Shown here one piece after another: positions 25,345 to 40,308 of a stretch of 64,000 nt of DNA. The stretch's first letter is position 1, and every line of letters starts with the position of its first letter. The stretch is from Octopus sinensis (lineage: Eukaryota): NCBI RefSeq assembly GCF_006345805.1, contig NC_043005.1, forward strand, positions 78,430,001 through 78,494,000, written 5' to 3'. The translations under genes were made by a program, and so were the position numbers. Below the pieces are notes generated by a model that had not been told where the DNA came from, searched no databases, and worked only from the letters and a program-made list of their open reading frames with translations.

Positions 25345-25744
25345 TCTTTATATATAAAAGTGAGGTTGTGTGCTGTCTGTCTCCTATGATTTAGGTTCCT
25401 AACTACTCCCACATTTTGCAGTGCAGTTTAACCAAAACCGGGTATCTTATAGTCGTGATTCATATCAAGCCCTTCTGGGTATTTGCGCATGTCTACGATG
25501 AGTCTACGATTTAAAAAAAAATTTACCATCATTTTTTTCCATTTTAATGCATTTTTTCGCTATTATATAAGGGAAGTAACTCTCTAAAAATGTCTACAAT
25601 GAGTCAACGATTTAAAAAAAAATTTACCATAATTTTTTTTCCATGTTTAATGCATTTTTTTGCTATTTTTGACTATAACTCTCTAAAAATGCTTATATAG
25701 TTATTTCCCTTACAAACCCGAGCAACGCCGGGCGATACTGCTAA
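25345..25744 (+). mobile_element. Non-autonomous Helitron (family H2)
   Basis: a|TCtttatatataaaagtgagg ... cccgagcaacgccggg hairpin ... gatactgCTAA|t; fits the TC...CTRR rule and the AT target. Confidence 0.75.
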
Positions 25745-26329
25745 TTTTGTAATAAAACTAAATGAATAAGATTTTGTCTATTTTACATAAAATATGCAAA
25801 GTAATCATAAGTATGGTATTTTTGCAAGTCACTTATTTTGGGACTGCCAGGAATTCAATCTGGATTCTGTATTTTCTGACGTACAAGTTGGTGGTAAGAA
25901 ATTCTCAAGTGGGTCAATGTGACAGTGTTGATGTTTCACTGTTTCCATGACAACCAACGTAATTTTTTTTCAAGTTTGGAAGCTGAGTAAATGGAGAAGA
26001 GATACAACTAAATGAAATCTCCAAGCAGTTTAAATGCCCAAGTCTCTGATATCGAAGTGGTTAAAAAAAATGTCAGCAGAATGGCACCCAGGAGTCATGA
26101 CCTGAATGTGACCCGCCCCCTTAAAGTGAAAGAAGTCCAGGGCCAAAACACTGACCTTCGGTGGGCTACTCCTCTGAAGACCTTCAGCTGTTCAACTCCC
26201 CTGAGAGTTTCTTACTACTTTGTAAGAATGCAGTATCAGCTTTCAAACATCTTTACTATTTTTCCAAATCTTGCTTAATTTCGCATAAGCTTTTGTTCCT
26301 CCAAAATCATCTTGATATATAAATTGGAT

Positions 26330-26662
26330 CTTTACCTTTTGACTGACAGATTTAAAAAATAACCTCTTGTAACTAAACACTTTCAAACTTCGGACACTGG
26401 TAGAATGTGTCATATAAACATCTTTTACTCTTAGCGTTTTTGAGAAAAGCTTATATTTAGGAAGTTATTTCACGTTAATTGTGTCGTATTTCAGTAATTT
26501 CAACCAATCAATGACATGTATTTGGCTGAATAAAATTACTGCCGTTGTTTGTCAACAACAACTATCGGTGGTGTATTTTTCGTTTGTCACTGTTATTTAT
26601 GACATTATTCGTGTGTTCGTACTGGTTTTAGCTTTAGGGTGTTAGGGTTTTAGGGTTAGGGT
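26330..26662. repeat. Unclassified interspersed element ending in degenerate (TTAGGG)n
   Basis: Shares aactaaacac/agtttcaaact and tcaaccaatcaatga blocks with 58450-58680; four TTAGGG units at 26634-26662. Confidence 0.45.
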
Positions 26663-27355
26663 TTGACAAAATAACCTGAATGACAAAGAGTTAAACATTA
26701 CATCATTGACCATCATAATCTAAGATTACATTATTTCGTCTGTCCTTCCTCCGCTTTTGAGGGAGATTTAGCTGCTGTTTCTTGCAGGCTTAGCTCTATA
26801 GTGCCTCTTACATTTTCCAGTATTGGCATCGATATACTGCCAGAATTAACAAAGAGTTGCACTAATATTGTAATCTATCTTTATCTAACTTACTATTACT
26901 ACTACTATTTCGTCGCTCACCTCTTGACAAAGAATGGAAAATTATATTCTTGCTTCATCGAAACCAGTTATTTTTATTTATGGTATGAACATTATTTTAC
27001 CATTTGCCCTGTAGAATTTGGAATTTGAAAGAAAATAAATAAATTTTTTTTTTTTTTAAAGATATTTTGATGTAATTTTTGCTGCAAAGTACCTCAAGAT
27101 AAATTAAAACAAAAGCTGCTAATTGTTAACTCTCTTTTTTATTTTCTCCTGTTTCTTTTAGTTTTTAGAATATTGCATATAGAGCTAATTACTTAATGAA
27201 CTTAATCTATAATGGTATGTAAAGAGAGAAAGAGAGAGAGAGAAAGAAAGAGAGGGAGATTAAAGAAAGAAAGAAATATAGAGTTTGTTTCGTTATATTT
27301 TCTTGGTTCCTTCTCATTACCAACTTTATATATACACACGTGTGTGCGTGTATAC

Positions 27356-27386
<31 letters not shown>

Positions 27387-27398
27387 TACATACACACA

Positions 27399-27493
<95 letters not shown>

Positions 27494-28191
27494 TGCACAC
27501 ACTTACAGTCTATTGAATTTTTTGCTCTTTCTCAATTCTTGTGTGTGTGTGTGTGTGTACATGTACACACATGCTTAGTGTGTCTAATCACTGAATAATG
27601 TATTTAAGTAATTTACATTCAAAATCCTGACTGACTTATGGGACACATCTCGGATGTGCGTGTGTGCGTGTGTTTGGAGATATATATTTATATATATGTG
27701 TGTGTGTGTGAATGTATGTATGTATGTATGTGTGTGTGTGTGTGTATATATATGTGTGTGTGTATGTGGATATATATATATATATATATATAATAAAAAC
27801 ACACACAGATTTGCATAAATGCATGCACTGATACACCTTGTACAAAATTAAACATACGTGTTCACATAGGTCTGTTTCACTTTGTTCTTCTGTAACCATT
27901 TACACACACACGCATAGAAAAGTTACAGTAAAATGCCTTTAAGGGTGTTTTTAAAATTCATTTAATGTTTCAATTGTTTTTAGCTCAATGGCTGTAATTG
28001 AAACGAAATAATAGAATCGTCTAGTTTTGCCAAACGTAGAAATCTCAATTGCCAGGTGTACTTATTATCCTTTCAAGACTTCCATGCAATTTACCATTCT
28101 TCAGTTCTCTCTTCTATTAACAGTTGTCAAGCCTTTCTCTTGTCTACTTTTGAAGAAAGATCATGTTTTGGTTTTTTTTTTTAATTTTAAA

Positions 28192-28226
<35 letters not shown>

Positions 28227-29312
28227 CATGATGTGCCAAGCTGGCAGAATTGATAGCGCACCAGGCAAAATGCTTAGCGGTGTTTTGTCTGTGTTGACAT
28301 TCTGAGTTCAAATTCTGTCAAGGTCAGTTTTGCCTTTCAGGGTTTCAGGGTTGATAAAATAAATACCAGCTTAGTATTTGGGTTGATGTAAATGATTTAC
28401 CCTTTCCCCTAAAATTTCAGGCCTTGTTTCTGTAGTAGAAAGGATTATTATTGTCTTCATTACTCTCTCTATCTCTCTCTTTTACTCTTTTACTTGATTC
28501 AATCATTTGACTGTGGCCATGCTGGAGTACCACCTTTAGTCGAGCAAATTGACCCCAAGACTTATTCTTTGTAAGCCTAGTACTTATTCTATTGGTCTGT
28601 TTTGCCAAACCGCTAGATGAATGGGATGTAAACACACCAGCATCGGTTATCAAGCGATGTTGCGGGGACAAACACACACACACATATATATATACACAAT
28701 GGGCTTCTTTCAGTTTCCATGTACCAAATCCACTCACAAGGCTTTGGTTGGCTCGAGGCTATAGTAGAAGACACTTGTCTAAGGTGCCACACACTATTAT
28801 TATTTTATTATTTATCATTACTATTATTTTTATTATTATTATTATCAAGGTGGTGAGCTCACAGAATCATTAACATGCCAAGCAAAATGCTTAGCGGCAT
28901 TTTGTCTGTCCTTATGTTCTGAGTTCAAATCATGCTGAGGTCGGCTTCACCTTTCACTCATTTCAAAGTCAGTAAAATAAGCAACAGTAAAGCACTGTGG
29001 TTGATATATCTGACTTACAAGCTCCCTTGAAATTGCTGGCCTTGTGCCAAAATTTGAAATCACCATCATCATCTTTATAATTATCAGAATTGTTAGCATA
29101 CCGGGTGAAATGCTTTGCAGTATTTCAACTTCCATTATGTTCTGAATTCAAATTCTTCTGAGGTCGACTTTACCTTTCATCCTTTCTTGGGTCACTAAAA
29201 TAAAGTACCAGTCGAACACTGGGGTTCCATGTAATCGACTTAAAAACCCTTCTCTTAAAATTGCTGGCCTTGTGTCAAAACAGGTAGAATATTTGGACTG
29301 GATACGGCTGGT

Positions 29313-29542
29313 TTAACCCTTTAGTGTTCAGATTAAATCTGTTAAATGTAATACATTTTTCACTCAAATCGTTTTGAATTAATCATATATTATCTTACAG
29401 CTTTGAAATTTCAATGGTGTGATAGTTTATTCTTAGAATGTCAATGTAGGTTAGGTGTGAGAGGCTAAATATGGCCAGTTTGAATGTAAAACATGTAGAA
29501 TATTTGGGCCGGATATGGCCGGCTTAAACACCAAAGGGTTAA
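29313..29542. mobile_element. piggyBac-type MITE (family P2)
   Basis: TTAA-ccctttagtgtt ... aacaccaaaggg-TTAA. Opposite-orientation relative at 32616-32844; partial copy at 21120-21290. Confidence 0.75.
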
Positions 29543-32500
29543 ATGCTAAAAGGTTAAGGGTTAATGTAACCCACTTACTTCCTTCCCCTAAAATCGCTAG
29601 CCTTGTGCCAAAATTTGGAACTATTATCCCCTTATCTTTGACTTGTTTCAGTAATTAGACAGTGGCCATGCTGGGGCACAACCTTGTAGAATTTTAATCA
29701 AATGAATCGACCCCAGTACCTACTTTAAAAACTTTTTTGCAGCCTGGTACTTATCCTGTGGTTTATTTTGCTAAGCTGCAAAGATACAGGAACGTAAGCA
29801 CACCAACACCAGCTGTCAAGGAATGGGGTGGGGGAGGGGGTGCAAACACACACGCATATATACACAAATATACAAGCACATACATGTCAGGCTTCTTTCA
29901 GTTTCCGTGTACCAAATCCACTCATGAGGCTTTGGTAAGTCCGAGGCCATAGTAGAAGATGCTTGCCCAAGGTGCCACACAGTGGGACTGAACTCGGAAC
30001 CATACAGTTGGGAACCAAGCTTCTTACTACACAACCATGCCTACATCATGAATTTTTTTTTTTTCTCCAAGATAGGCACAGGAGCGGCTGTGTGATAGGT
30101 AGCTTGCTTACCAACTACATGGTTCTGGGTTCAGTCCCACTGCATGACACTTTGGTCACGTGTCTTCTACTATAGCCTCAGGCCAACCAAAGCCTTGTGA
30201 GTGGATTTGGTAGGCAGAAACTGAAAGAAGCCCGTTGTATATATGTATAAATATATGTGTGTGTGTATGTTGTGTATCTGAGTTTGTCCCCCCAACGTTG
30301 CTTGACAACCGATGCTGGTGTGTTTAGGTCCCCATAACTTAGCGGTTCAGCAAAAGAGACCGATAGAATAAGTACTAGGCTTACAAAGAATAAGTCCTGC
30401 GGTCGATTTGATTCGAGTAAAAGGCGGTGCTCCAGCATGGCCACATCAAAACTGCAGTCGTGTAAGATACCAATGTCACACAAATGGCATCCATGCTAGG
30501 GGCATATAAAAGCACATTTCAAGCGTTGGGTCTCATGGAGGCAAGAACCAAGACCATTTGACCTTATGCCAGGTTTTAGCATTGGGCCTCACGGAGGCAA
30601 TGACCAAGTCCATTTGGCATTTTGCCTTGTTTGAGAAGACTCACCAAGCCAAATAAAACTGTAGTCATGGCAGATACTGGTGTCATACAAATAGCACCTG
30701 TGCTAGTGGCACGTAAAAGCACCTATTACCCTCTCAAAGTGGTTGGCGTTAGGAAGGGCTTCCAGCCGTAGAAACCATGCCAAAAGAGACAGAAGTCTGG
30801 TGCAGTCTTCCAGCTTGCTAGCCCTGGTCAGACCATCCAACCCATGCCAGCATGGATAACAGACGTTAAATGATGACGATGATGATGATCTCATAACTTC
30901 ATCGGCAACATGGCCTGAGAAGGCTTGACAGAAAATAACTACTGGGTGCTAGCATTACGACTACTTAAAAGGAGGTAAGTGGGGGGCTACAAAAGAAAAG
31001 AGGTCAAGAACCCCTTGGTTAAATAAATACTCCAAGATTAAAGGTGATTTAGCTGCTATCTCATGCAGGTCAAGCTACCATATAGAGGCTGTCGTTAACT
31101 CAATATTTCTGTCATAGATCTGTATGGTGTTCCTACTGAAATTATTAGTTTCAGTGCATTCTTTTCACTTGCGATAGCCTTTTCTCTCTCTCTCTCTGTT
31201 TCTCTTTTTCTTTCTTTCTTTCTTTTCTTTATTCATTCTTTCTTGAAATATTCTTTATAACGAATGTTTTATCCTGCACAAAATGGCAGAGAACCTCTCA
31301 GAGCTAACAAACAGCATTTTTACTCTGAAAATTCAATGAATTTCTGTCTGTAGTCAGATCTTCTATTAAGACTTCATTTGACTATCTTTAGATTACCATT
31401 CTTCATTTTGTAAATGGCAGGTAAGGAATATCTTTTTTAAGATTAATAACAAAAAAAAAAGGCCTATCGCTGTGTATTAGACAAAAGGTATTCTCTTCAT
31501 ACTCATACCCCCCTCCCCCTCCCCCTCTCCACCAATTGATACTATTTTTTTCTTCTTTTTCCTTCGTACATTTTGTCTTTTTTCTTTTTCTTTTTTTTTT
31601 TCATATTTCTAAATTAAAGCTATCATTAAGACCTATTCAGTTTCACATTATATTAAAAATTGCTTGAGGCCATACATATTTTAACAGAAACAGCACCAGA
31701 GAAGAAGAAGAAGAAAATAAATATAAAAAAATAAAAATGATAATAATAATAATAATAATAATGATAATAATGAAAATTTCACCTTTTTATCAAAGCAATA
31801 TTTCAAATGATTAATGTTCTGTGAGATATATATCTTGTAGTGAAAAAGAAAAGGGGGAAAAAACCACATGCATGCATACATACATGCATATACATACATA
31901 TATATATATGCGTATATGATCTGGTGTGTATTTCTTTATAATTTCATCCCTACTTAAGGTCTATGCTGTTGCCCTTAAGTTATCGCTGCATCATGTTCCT
32001 CCTGCTATATCCTTAAAAGTTTAAAACTCTGTTAAAAAGAAAAAAAGATATATAATAAATAATAATCCTAAAAAGACAAACGAAATCAATTACTCGCTAT
32101 TTAGCAATGAATGTGCTGCTTTTTGATTCCTCTGTAATTGTTGGTCTTCAAATTCGTCGAATTTAAATTCTTAATATTCTATTTATATTGGCTGGACACC
32201 GCTATCTCTCCATCCCTTATTCCGTTTCTGTAGTTATTTTCTGTCAAGCCTTCTCTGACCATGTTGTTATGCTGCATGCACACACATACATGTATAGATG
32301 TGTTGGGGTGTTTTTCAAAATTGCCTTTCATCCTTTCAGGGTCGATGAATTAAGTACCAGTGAAACACTGGGGTTGATGAAATCGACTTTCCCTCTCCCC
32401 AAAATTTCAGGCCTTGTACCTTTAGTAGAAAGGATTATTATTATTTTTTTTAATTATTTATTTATTCTCTCATTTCATTATATGTAATCCCCCTCACTTT

Positions 32501-32615
32501 ATGTCTGTTTTGTATTGTTGTCCTCATCCTTTCCCTGGTGACAAATAAATGAAATCGTTATTATTATTATTCAGGCAGCAAGCTAGCAGAATCATTAATG
32601 TGCTGGACAAAATGC

Positions 32616-32844
32616 TTAACCCTTTAGCATTTAAACTGGCCATATCAGGCGCAAACATTCTCTCTGTTTTAGATCCAAGTTGACCAGATCCAGCCTCTCA
32701 CACTTATTCCACAATGTTATTCTAAAAATAAACAATCACATCATCAAAAGCTTGAAGTTACAAGATAGTGCTGTATTAAAAATGATTAAACGTGATTAAG
32801 TAAGCATTACAGTTGATAGAATAATCTGAATACTAAAGGGTTAA
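32616..32844. mobile_element. piggyBac-type MITE (family P2) inserted in a family-B SINE
   Basis: aaatgcTTAA-ccctttagcatt ... aatactaaaggg-TTAA; the SINE sequence resumes on the far side (ttttgagttcaaatt). Confidence 0.8.
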
Positions 32845-33199
32845 GGCAGTTTGTTCATTTTTATGTTTTGAGTTCAAATTCTGCCGGGGTCAACTTTGTC
32901 TTTCATCCTTTCGGGGTCGATAAAATAAGTACCAGTTGAGCACCTGAAGGCAATGTAATCATCTTATCCTCTCCCAAGAAGTTGCTGGCCATGTGCCAAA
33001 ATTTGAAAATATTATCATTGAGTGAGAGAGCAGTGCATGCCATCAAAGTGACACTGGGATACAAATATACAAAGCCCAATATACCTATCATGACTACTCA
33101 TCTGATAAGGGTACACCAGGCACATGCATTACAGCCATGTGAGCATGACATGGTGATCTCATATCAAGATAAACAGTGCATGACCTTACTTGCAGGTGG

Positions 33200-33515
33200 A
33201 ACCCAGTCAAAGGTCCCTGAATAATAGTTGTTTAAGGATGTTGAACAAAACACCCATGTTTCCGAAGGTGAATTATCCAAACCTCCAAGAATTCCTTTCA
33301 GCACACGACTATGATTCTCCCCTACTACTTCTACTCGTGGTCAGAGATGCACATATTGTCAGCCACTAAGGGACATGCTCAGCTGGTTAAGGGCAAGGAA
33401 CTGACAAGCAAATTTGTGGTATTGAGCAGAATATTTGCTGTAGCCCATCTTTTATACCAAGACAAAACATGATAACACTTCCAATCAGTTAAGATGAGAA
33501 GCCATGAAAGCCACT
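33200..33515. repeat. Unclassified interspersed repeat, second copy at about 46300-46510
   Basis: Shared block: ctactcgtggtcagagatgcacatattgtcagccact versus ctactcatgatcagagatgcaaatattgtcagccact. Confidence 0.6.
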
Positions 33516-33695
33516 GCCTGTGGCAAACTGGCAGAATCATTACAGAGTCAGACAAAATGCTTAATGGCCTTTCTTCTGGCTTTTTCCATTCTGAGTTCAA
33601 ATTCCACCAAGGTCAACTTTGCCGTTCATTCTTTCTTGAGTTGATAAAACATAGGACCAGTTGAACACTGTTTGATGTGATCGACTTTATCCTGT

Positions 33696-33945
33696 GGTAT
33701 GGGCATGTGTTGAGGAGGGATGAAGAGCATGTTCTGAGGAGGGTTGATTACGTTTGAGGTAAATAGAGGGCAAAAGTGAGGTAGACCGAGGAAAAGGTGG
33801 AGGGGACAGTTGGATGAGGAAATTGGGAAGGTTGGTTTGAAAAAGGATACCCAAAACTGGGCAAGATGATGTGAGGGTGGTTGCTATGGCACTGAGGTAG
33901 ATCCAGCCACTCCCGTTAATGGGGACAAAACATGGATTTAAAACA
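33696..33945 (+). mobile_element. RTE LINE 3' end fragment (different subfamily)
   Basis: Reads WYGHVLRRDEEHVLRRV.. and RPRKRWRGQLDEEIGKVGLKK, with frameshifts. Confidence 0.75.
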
Positions 33946-35131
33946 CTGGAAAGAAAAAGAATCCTTCCTTTTAAAATTTAAAACATGAATTGCGTAACAA
34001 ATAGTCAGTAATTAAAAATTCTGAATATGTTCATCATCATCATCAACACAATCATTTAATGCCCATTATTCATGCTGGCATGAGTTGGATGGTTCAACAG
34101 GAACCAGTGAGCCAGAGGGCTGTGCTGAGCTTGAGTGTCCCCTTTGGCATAGCTTCTTCAGTTGGATTCCTATTTCTTATGTTAATCACTTCACTGAGTA
34201 TTAATGACTGTAAGCACATGGTATTTTGTTATGCAACTATAATATGCTACAGAGAATTTTAAATGTTTTAGATAGTTTCCAACAAGGGTTTTGAGGGATT
34301 TACTAAATCAACCCCATTTATTTACTTACTATGTCAAGTTAGTGTTTATAATATAATCTAATAAAACGTTCTAACCTAGAATTTTGACAGTGGTTTAAAA
34401 GTAAAGATTGTTTTCCAACATAACATGGCAGTCCTGGTTTAGGATAAATGTTGCTGTAATTTAGCACCCCCAACTCATCTCAAAACAATATTTGTGTATC
34501 GTGATTCATGGGTTATTTCCTTTCATCAGCACAGAATAATTGTTCAGCTAGAGGTGGTGCTGCCAAATTCCTGTTCAAAATATAGTTTTCAAAGTGACAA
34601 CTAGTCACTGATTAAAAAATTTTTTTTTTCTTTGTAAGAATGCCTTAAAACAGGACCTTTTTTTTTTTTATCAAAGTACTGAGGTTGGTTATCATGAGAA
34701 GAGCTTGTCTGAATTTTTTTCAAATTCTTTGAGGCAAAATTACATTTCACCCTTTTCCTTCCAAAAGTTTAATAAACAAGTCGTTTACATCAACCCCAGT
34801 GCTCAACTGGTCCTTATTTTATTGACCCTGAAAGGATGAAAGGCAGGGTCAACTTTGGCTGAATTTGAACTCAGAGCATAAAGATGGATAAAATGCTTAG
34901 CAGCATTTTTTCTGGTATGCTAACGATTGTGCCTACTTGCCACCTGTATCTATAATTATATCAATACTAAAAGATGTTTTCATGAGATATTGTGAACCAA
35001 CTACAGCTACAAACTTAACACCCTAATTCTATCTAATCCATTATTTAAGAAGTCATAAAAAAATCTTCATGAAAATACACCTAATTCCTGTAAGCATGGA
35101 AAGGTGGATGTTAAGATGATTATATATGTGC

Positions 35132-35166
<35 letters not shown>

Positions 35167-36504
35167 ATTTATATATATATATATATATATATAAGAACCC
35201 ACTAAACTTTCGGAGTGGTTGGCGTTAGGAAGGATATCCAGCTGTAGAAACCTTGTCAGATCGGATTGGAGCCTGGTGCAGACCTCTGTCAAACCATCCA
35301 ACCCATGCCAGCATGGAAAACGGATGTTAAATGATGATGATGATAATACACACACACACACACACACACACGCACGGTTATGAAGTTTGCTTCCCAACCA
35401 CATGGTTCTGGGTTCAGTCCCACTGCATGGCATCTTCGGCAAGTGCCTTCTATTGTAATCCTGGTTTGACCAAAATCTTGTTGATCCGTTTACATCCATG
35501 TAACTTAGCAGTCTGGTAGGAGAAACTGTTTGAATAAGTGCCAGATTGTTATTTAAAAAATTTTTAGAACTGGGGATCAATCTGTTCGACTAAAGCCCTT
35601 CCAGATGCTGCTCCAGGCTGACTGCTCTCCAATGACTCATGCAAATAACAGATAAAATATATATCCTCTCTCACACACACACACACACACACACATATTT
35701 GCCTCTGTGTGTGTTTGTGTGATTTTATCTGTTTACATATGCGAGTGTATGTGTGTGTTTGTGTGTGAGTATACTTCATGTATGGAAATGAAGCATTGAA
35801 TATTTGAAATGTCTATTTGCAGTGATTTTTATCAAATATCAATAGCCAAAGCTACAGAAATTAAATTCAGTATTGATATTTAGAAATTTAACGAGTTTAC
35901 TTTGTTTACTGCTTAATGTTAATTACCAATTAGCTTCTTGGTTTATTCGCTTAATTGCAATGAATATGAATAAATTTGAAATTAATATTTTCTTAGCAAT
36001 TTATTAAACCTACGTTTTTAAGGTGGAAAAAGAAATTAGGGTAAAATTCTACTAAATTTTATCAAAATAGATTAATTTGCAACATGGTTTATACATACAT
36101 ATATACACACACATATATACTTATGCATATACATGTTATATATATGTATGTGTGGGTATAATATCCTTAATCTCTTAGCTAATTGAAAGCCATACTACTT
36201 CTTGAGAATCATGACTCATACACATATATACATGTGTGTGTGTGTGTGTATATATCATTGCTATTATGTTATACTGTCGTATGTCCAAATTTAGCCAAAT
36301 GCGTTTTTTTTTAAAGAAATTATTTTTGCTTGCAATAGCAGGTTCTTTTGGTCAAACTATCGTATCTCCAACCGCTTCAGATGCCAAGATATCAAAAATT
36401 GTCAAAGTGTAGTACAGTGGTTTTGTTATGGAATGGTGAAACTATTTTTGTGTTTTCTGAAAAGGTCACGTTTTGGTCTTACGACACTTTTGCATAATAG
36501 CAGC

Positions 36505-36598
36505 GATGTATATGTATGTATGTTTGTATGTATGTACATACGTTTGTATGTATATATGTATGTATATATGTATGTATATATGTATATATATATGTATG

Positions 36599-36657
<59 letters not shown>

Positions 36658-37028
36658 GTATATGTATATATGTGTATGTATGTATATGTATATATGTGTA
36701 TGTATGTATATGTATATATGTGTATGTATGTATATATATATATGTATGTGTATATATATATGTATGTATATATTTATGTATGTGTATATATATATATATG
36801 TATATATATGTATGTATATATTTATGTATGTGTATATATATATATATGTATATATTTATGTATGTGTATATATATATATATGTATATATATGTATGTATA
36901 TATTTATGTATGTGTATATATATATATATATGTATATATATGTATGTATATATGTATGTATATATTTATGTATGTGTATATATATATATGTATATATATG
37001 TATGTATATATTTATGTATGTGTATATA

Positions 37029-37068
<40 letters not shown>
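36505..37068. repeat. (TA)/(TATG)-derived micro/minisatellite
   Basis: Directly visible; a unit of about 44-46 bp containing atatttatgtatgtg recurs at 36770-37030. Confidence 0.9.
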
Positions 37069-37071
<3 letters not shown>

Positions 37072-37959
37072 TTGGCATCAGAAAATTTGTCTAACCGTAG
37101 AAAATCTCCTTCAACAAGTTTTATTTTGCCCATGTCAGCTTAGAAGAACAGATGTAAAAATTATATATATACATATATATATATGTGTGTGTGTTTGTGT
37201 GTGTTTACTTGTTCATTTGTATATGCATTTATTTGTGTTCACATACATGTATACAAGTATACTTATATAATATTTATGCATGTGTGTATGTGTGTGCATA
37301 AATATGTTTGTGTCTAGATATATATATATGTGAATATTTGTGTGTGTGTATGCGTGTATAGTGTGTGCCTATGTAAATACATATGTATAAATATTTTTGT
37401 GTGTGCATATATATATATATGCACACACATGAATATTTGTGTGTGTGTGTCAGTGGGTAGTAAGAACACTTTTGAAATTTGATTAGTCTCTCCATATGTG
37501 ATCATTTTACAAATTAGCATCTAAATTACGTTCGTCATCGAACTCAAACTTCCATATTCTCATCTATCTGCCTCTTCTAAAACGTGTTCTCTCCTACTCC
37601 GAAATGGTCAGGTCAACTTCTTAATCACCTTCACTAATTGAAAATATTTTTAAACGATGCCACACATATATAGATAAAAACCACAAACAAATTCTTTATA
37701 TTACCTGTTTTTCTTTCGAATAACTTCTTGGGTGAAAATATGCAATTGCATTCTTTAAATTATTCTGATCACTACCAAAACTAATGACCTTCTCCCCATC
37801 TTAATTCCTGCTAATTGCCCTCATCTTGGATACGGCTATGCTTTTCTAATTGAGAAACACATTCTTCATTGCAAATAGAGATTTTAATACTTTTTCTTTT
37901 TGTTCTTTTATTAGTGTTATCGTTTTATTATTTATGGTTAAGATGACGAACCTGCAGAC

Positions 37960-38541
37960 TCATTAGCATGCCTAGAGGAATTGTGTCTGTCTTTATGCTC
38001 TGAGAGCAAATTCTGCCAAAATTGATTTGGTCTTTCTTCCTCTTGGTTTGATGAAATAAGTACCAGTTGACCACTGAGGTCAATATAATCAATTAGCCCC
38101 ACCACTCCTAAAAAACAAAACTTTCTGGCCTTATACCTATACTAGAAAGTATCATTATTATTATTATTATTATTATTATCATCATCATCATCATTATTAT
38201 AGACATCGCACAGTATACAATATCATGAGGTTGTTGATTGAAGATATTGTTTCTACCAGGGGTTTGTACTGTATGTCAAGTCACAACAAGGACCTTAGAT
38301 TATTATTATTATTATTATTATTAAGGTGGTAAGCTGGCAGATTTATTAACACTCCAGGTGAAATGCTTAGCAGTATTTCGTCTGCCGCTTTGTTCTGAGT
38401 TCAAATTCCCCCGAGGTCAACTTTACTTCCCATCTTTTTGGGGTTGATTAAATAAGTACCAGTTACTCACTGGGATCGATGTAATCAACTTAATCCCTTC
38501 TTCCAAGCTGCCCTTGTTGTAAAAATTTGAAATTATCATCA

Positions 38542-38591
<50 letters not shown>

Positions 38592-40308
38592 GAAGTGGCG
38601 ATGTGGTAGAAACGTTAGCTCGCCAAGCAAAAGGTATTTCATCTGTCATTACGCTCTGAGTTCAAATTCCGCCGAGGTCAACTTTGCCTTTCATTCTTTC
38701 AGGGTTAATAAATTAAATACCAGTTGTGTACTGAGGTCAATCTAATCGACTCCCACTGCCCCAAAATTTCAGGCCTTGTGCCTAGAGTAGAAAGGATTAT
38801 TATTATTATTAAGGTGGCGAGCTGGCAAAATTATTAGCACACCAGGCGAAATGTTTAGCGGTATTTCGTCTGCCACTTAATTCTGAGTTCAAATTCCTCC
38901 GAGGTCAACCTTGCCTTTCATCCTTTTGGGATCAAAGAAATAAGTACTAATCAACCACTGGTGTCAATGTAATCAACTAACCCCCTCACCCCAAATTTCT
39001 GTCCTTGTGCCTATAGTAGAAAGGATCATTATTTTCCAACTCTTTTTTCTTTTTCTTAAGGCAGCAAGCTGTGAGAATCGTTAGTGTATTGGACAAAACG
39101 CTTTGTGACATTTTGTCTGTCTTTTCATTCTGAGTTCTCATAGGGTCGATAAAAATAAGTATCAGTCATGCACTGGGGTTGATGTAATTGACTTGGCTCC
39201 TCCACCCAAAATTTCAGGCCATGTGTCTATAGTGGTAAAGATTATTGTTGTTGTTATTATTGTGGTGTGCTGGTGCAATTGCTAGTGCATCAGGCAGAAT
39301 GCTCAACGGCGTTTTTCTTGGCTCTTTTCATTCTGAGATCAAATTCCGCCAAGATCAACTTTGCCTTTCATCCTTTTGGGCTTGATAAAATAAGCAATGG
39401 GTGAGCACTGCAGTTGATGTAATCAACTAGCTCCGTTTCTCAAAATTGCTGGCCTTGTACCAAAACAGGAAATCATTAAAAGCCATGAGTTGGCAGAGTT
39501 GTTACTGCACTGATCATAGTATTTCCTTTGGCTCCACATTCTGAGTTCAAATTCTGCTGAGGTCAACTTTGCTTCCATCAAATAAATACCTATTTCTTTA
39601 CTACCCACAAGGGGCTAAACACAGAGTGGACAAACAAGGACAGACAAACGGATTAAGTCAATTACATCAACCCCAGTGCGTAACTGGTACTTAATTTATC
39701 GACCCCGAAAGGATGAAAGGCAAAGTCAACCTCGGCGGAATTTGAACTCAGAACGTAACAGCAGATGAAATACCGCTAAGCATTTCGCCTGGCGTGCTAA
39801 CATTTCTAAATACCAATTGAGCCCCTGGGTTGATGTAAGCTACTAGTCTTCTCCCTTCTTCCCCAAAATCTCAGTTCATGTGCCTATAGTAGAAATAAAT
39901 GAACGACAGTTTGTTTGTCTTTACATTCTGAGTCCAAGTGCCACTGGGGTCAACTGTTTTTCACCCTATTGGGGGTTGATAAAAATAAAACTGTACCTGT
40001 TGAACCCTGGGATTGATGTAATCAACTAGCCTTCTCCTTGAATTTGCTGGCCTTGTGCCAACATTTGAACCATCATTATTATTTGTTAAGGTGGCGAGCT
40101 GTCAGAATCATTAGTATGCTGGGCAAAATGCTTAGCGGCATTTCATCTGTCTTTACGTTCTGAGTTCAAATGCTGCTGAGGTCAACTTTGCCTTTCATCC
40201 TTCCGGGGTCACTTAAATAAGTAGCAGCCAAGCATTGGCGTCATTGTAATCGACTGTCCCCCTCCCTCAAATTTCAGGCTCTGTGCCTTTAGTAGAAAGG
40301 ATTACTAC

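Noticed and set aside
37530-37951. 10-bp inverted repeat gttcgtcatc/gatgacgaac as MITE termini
   Set aside because: Too short, with no TSD identified and no second copy in the window.
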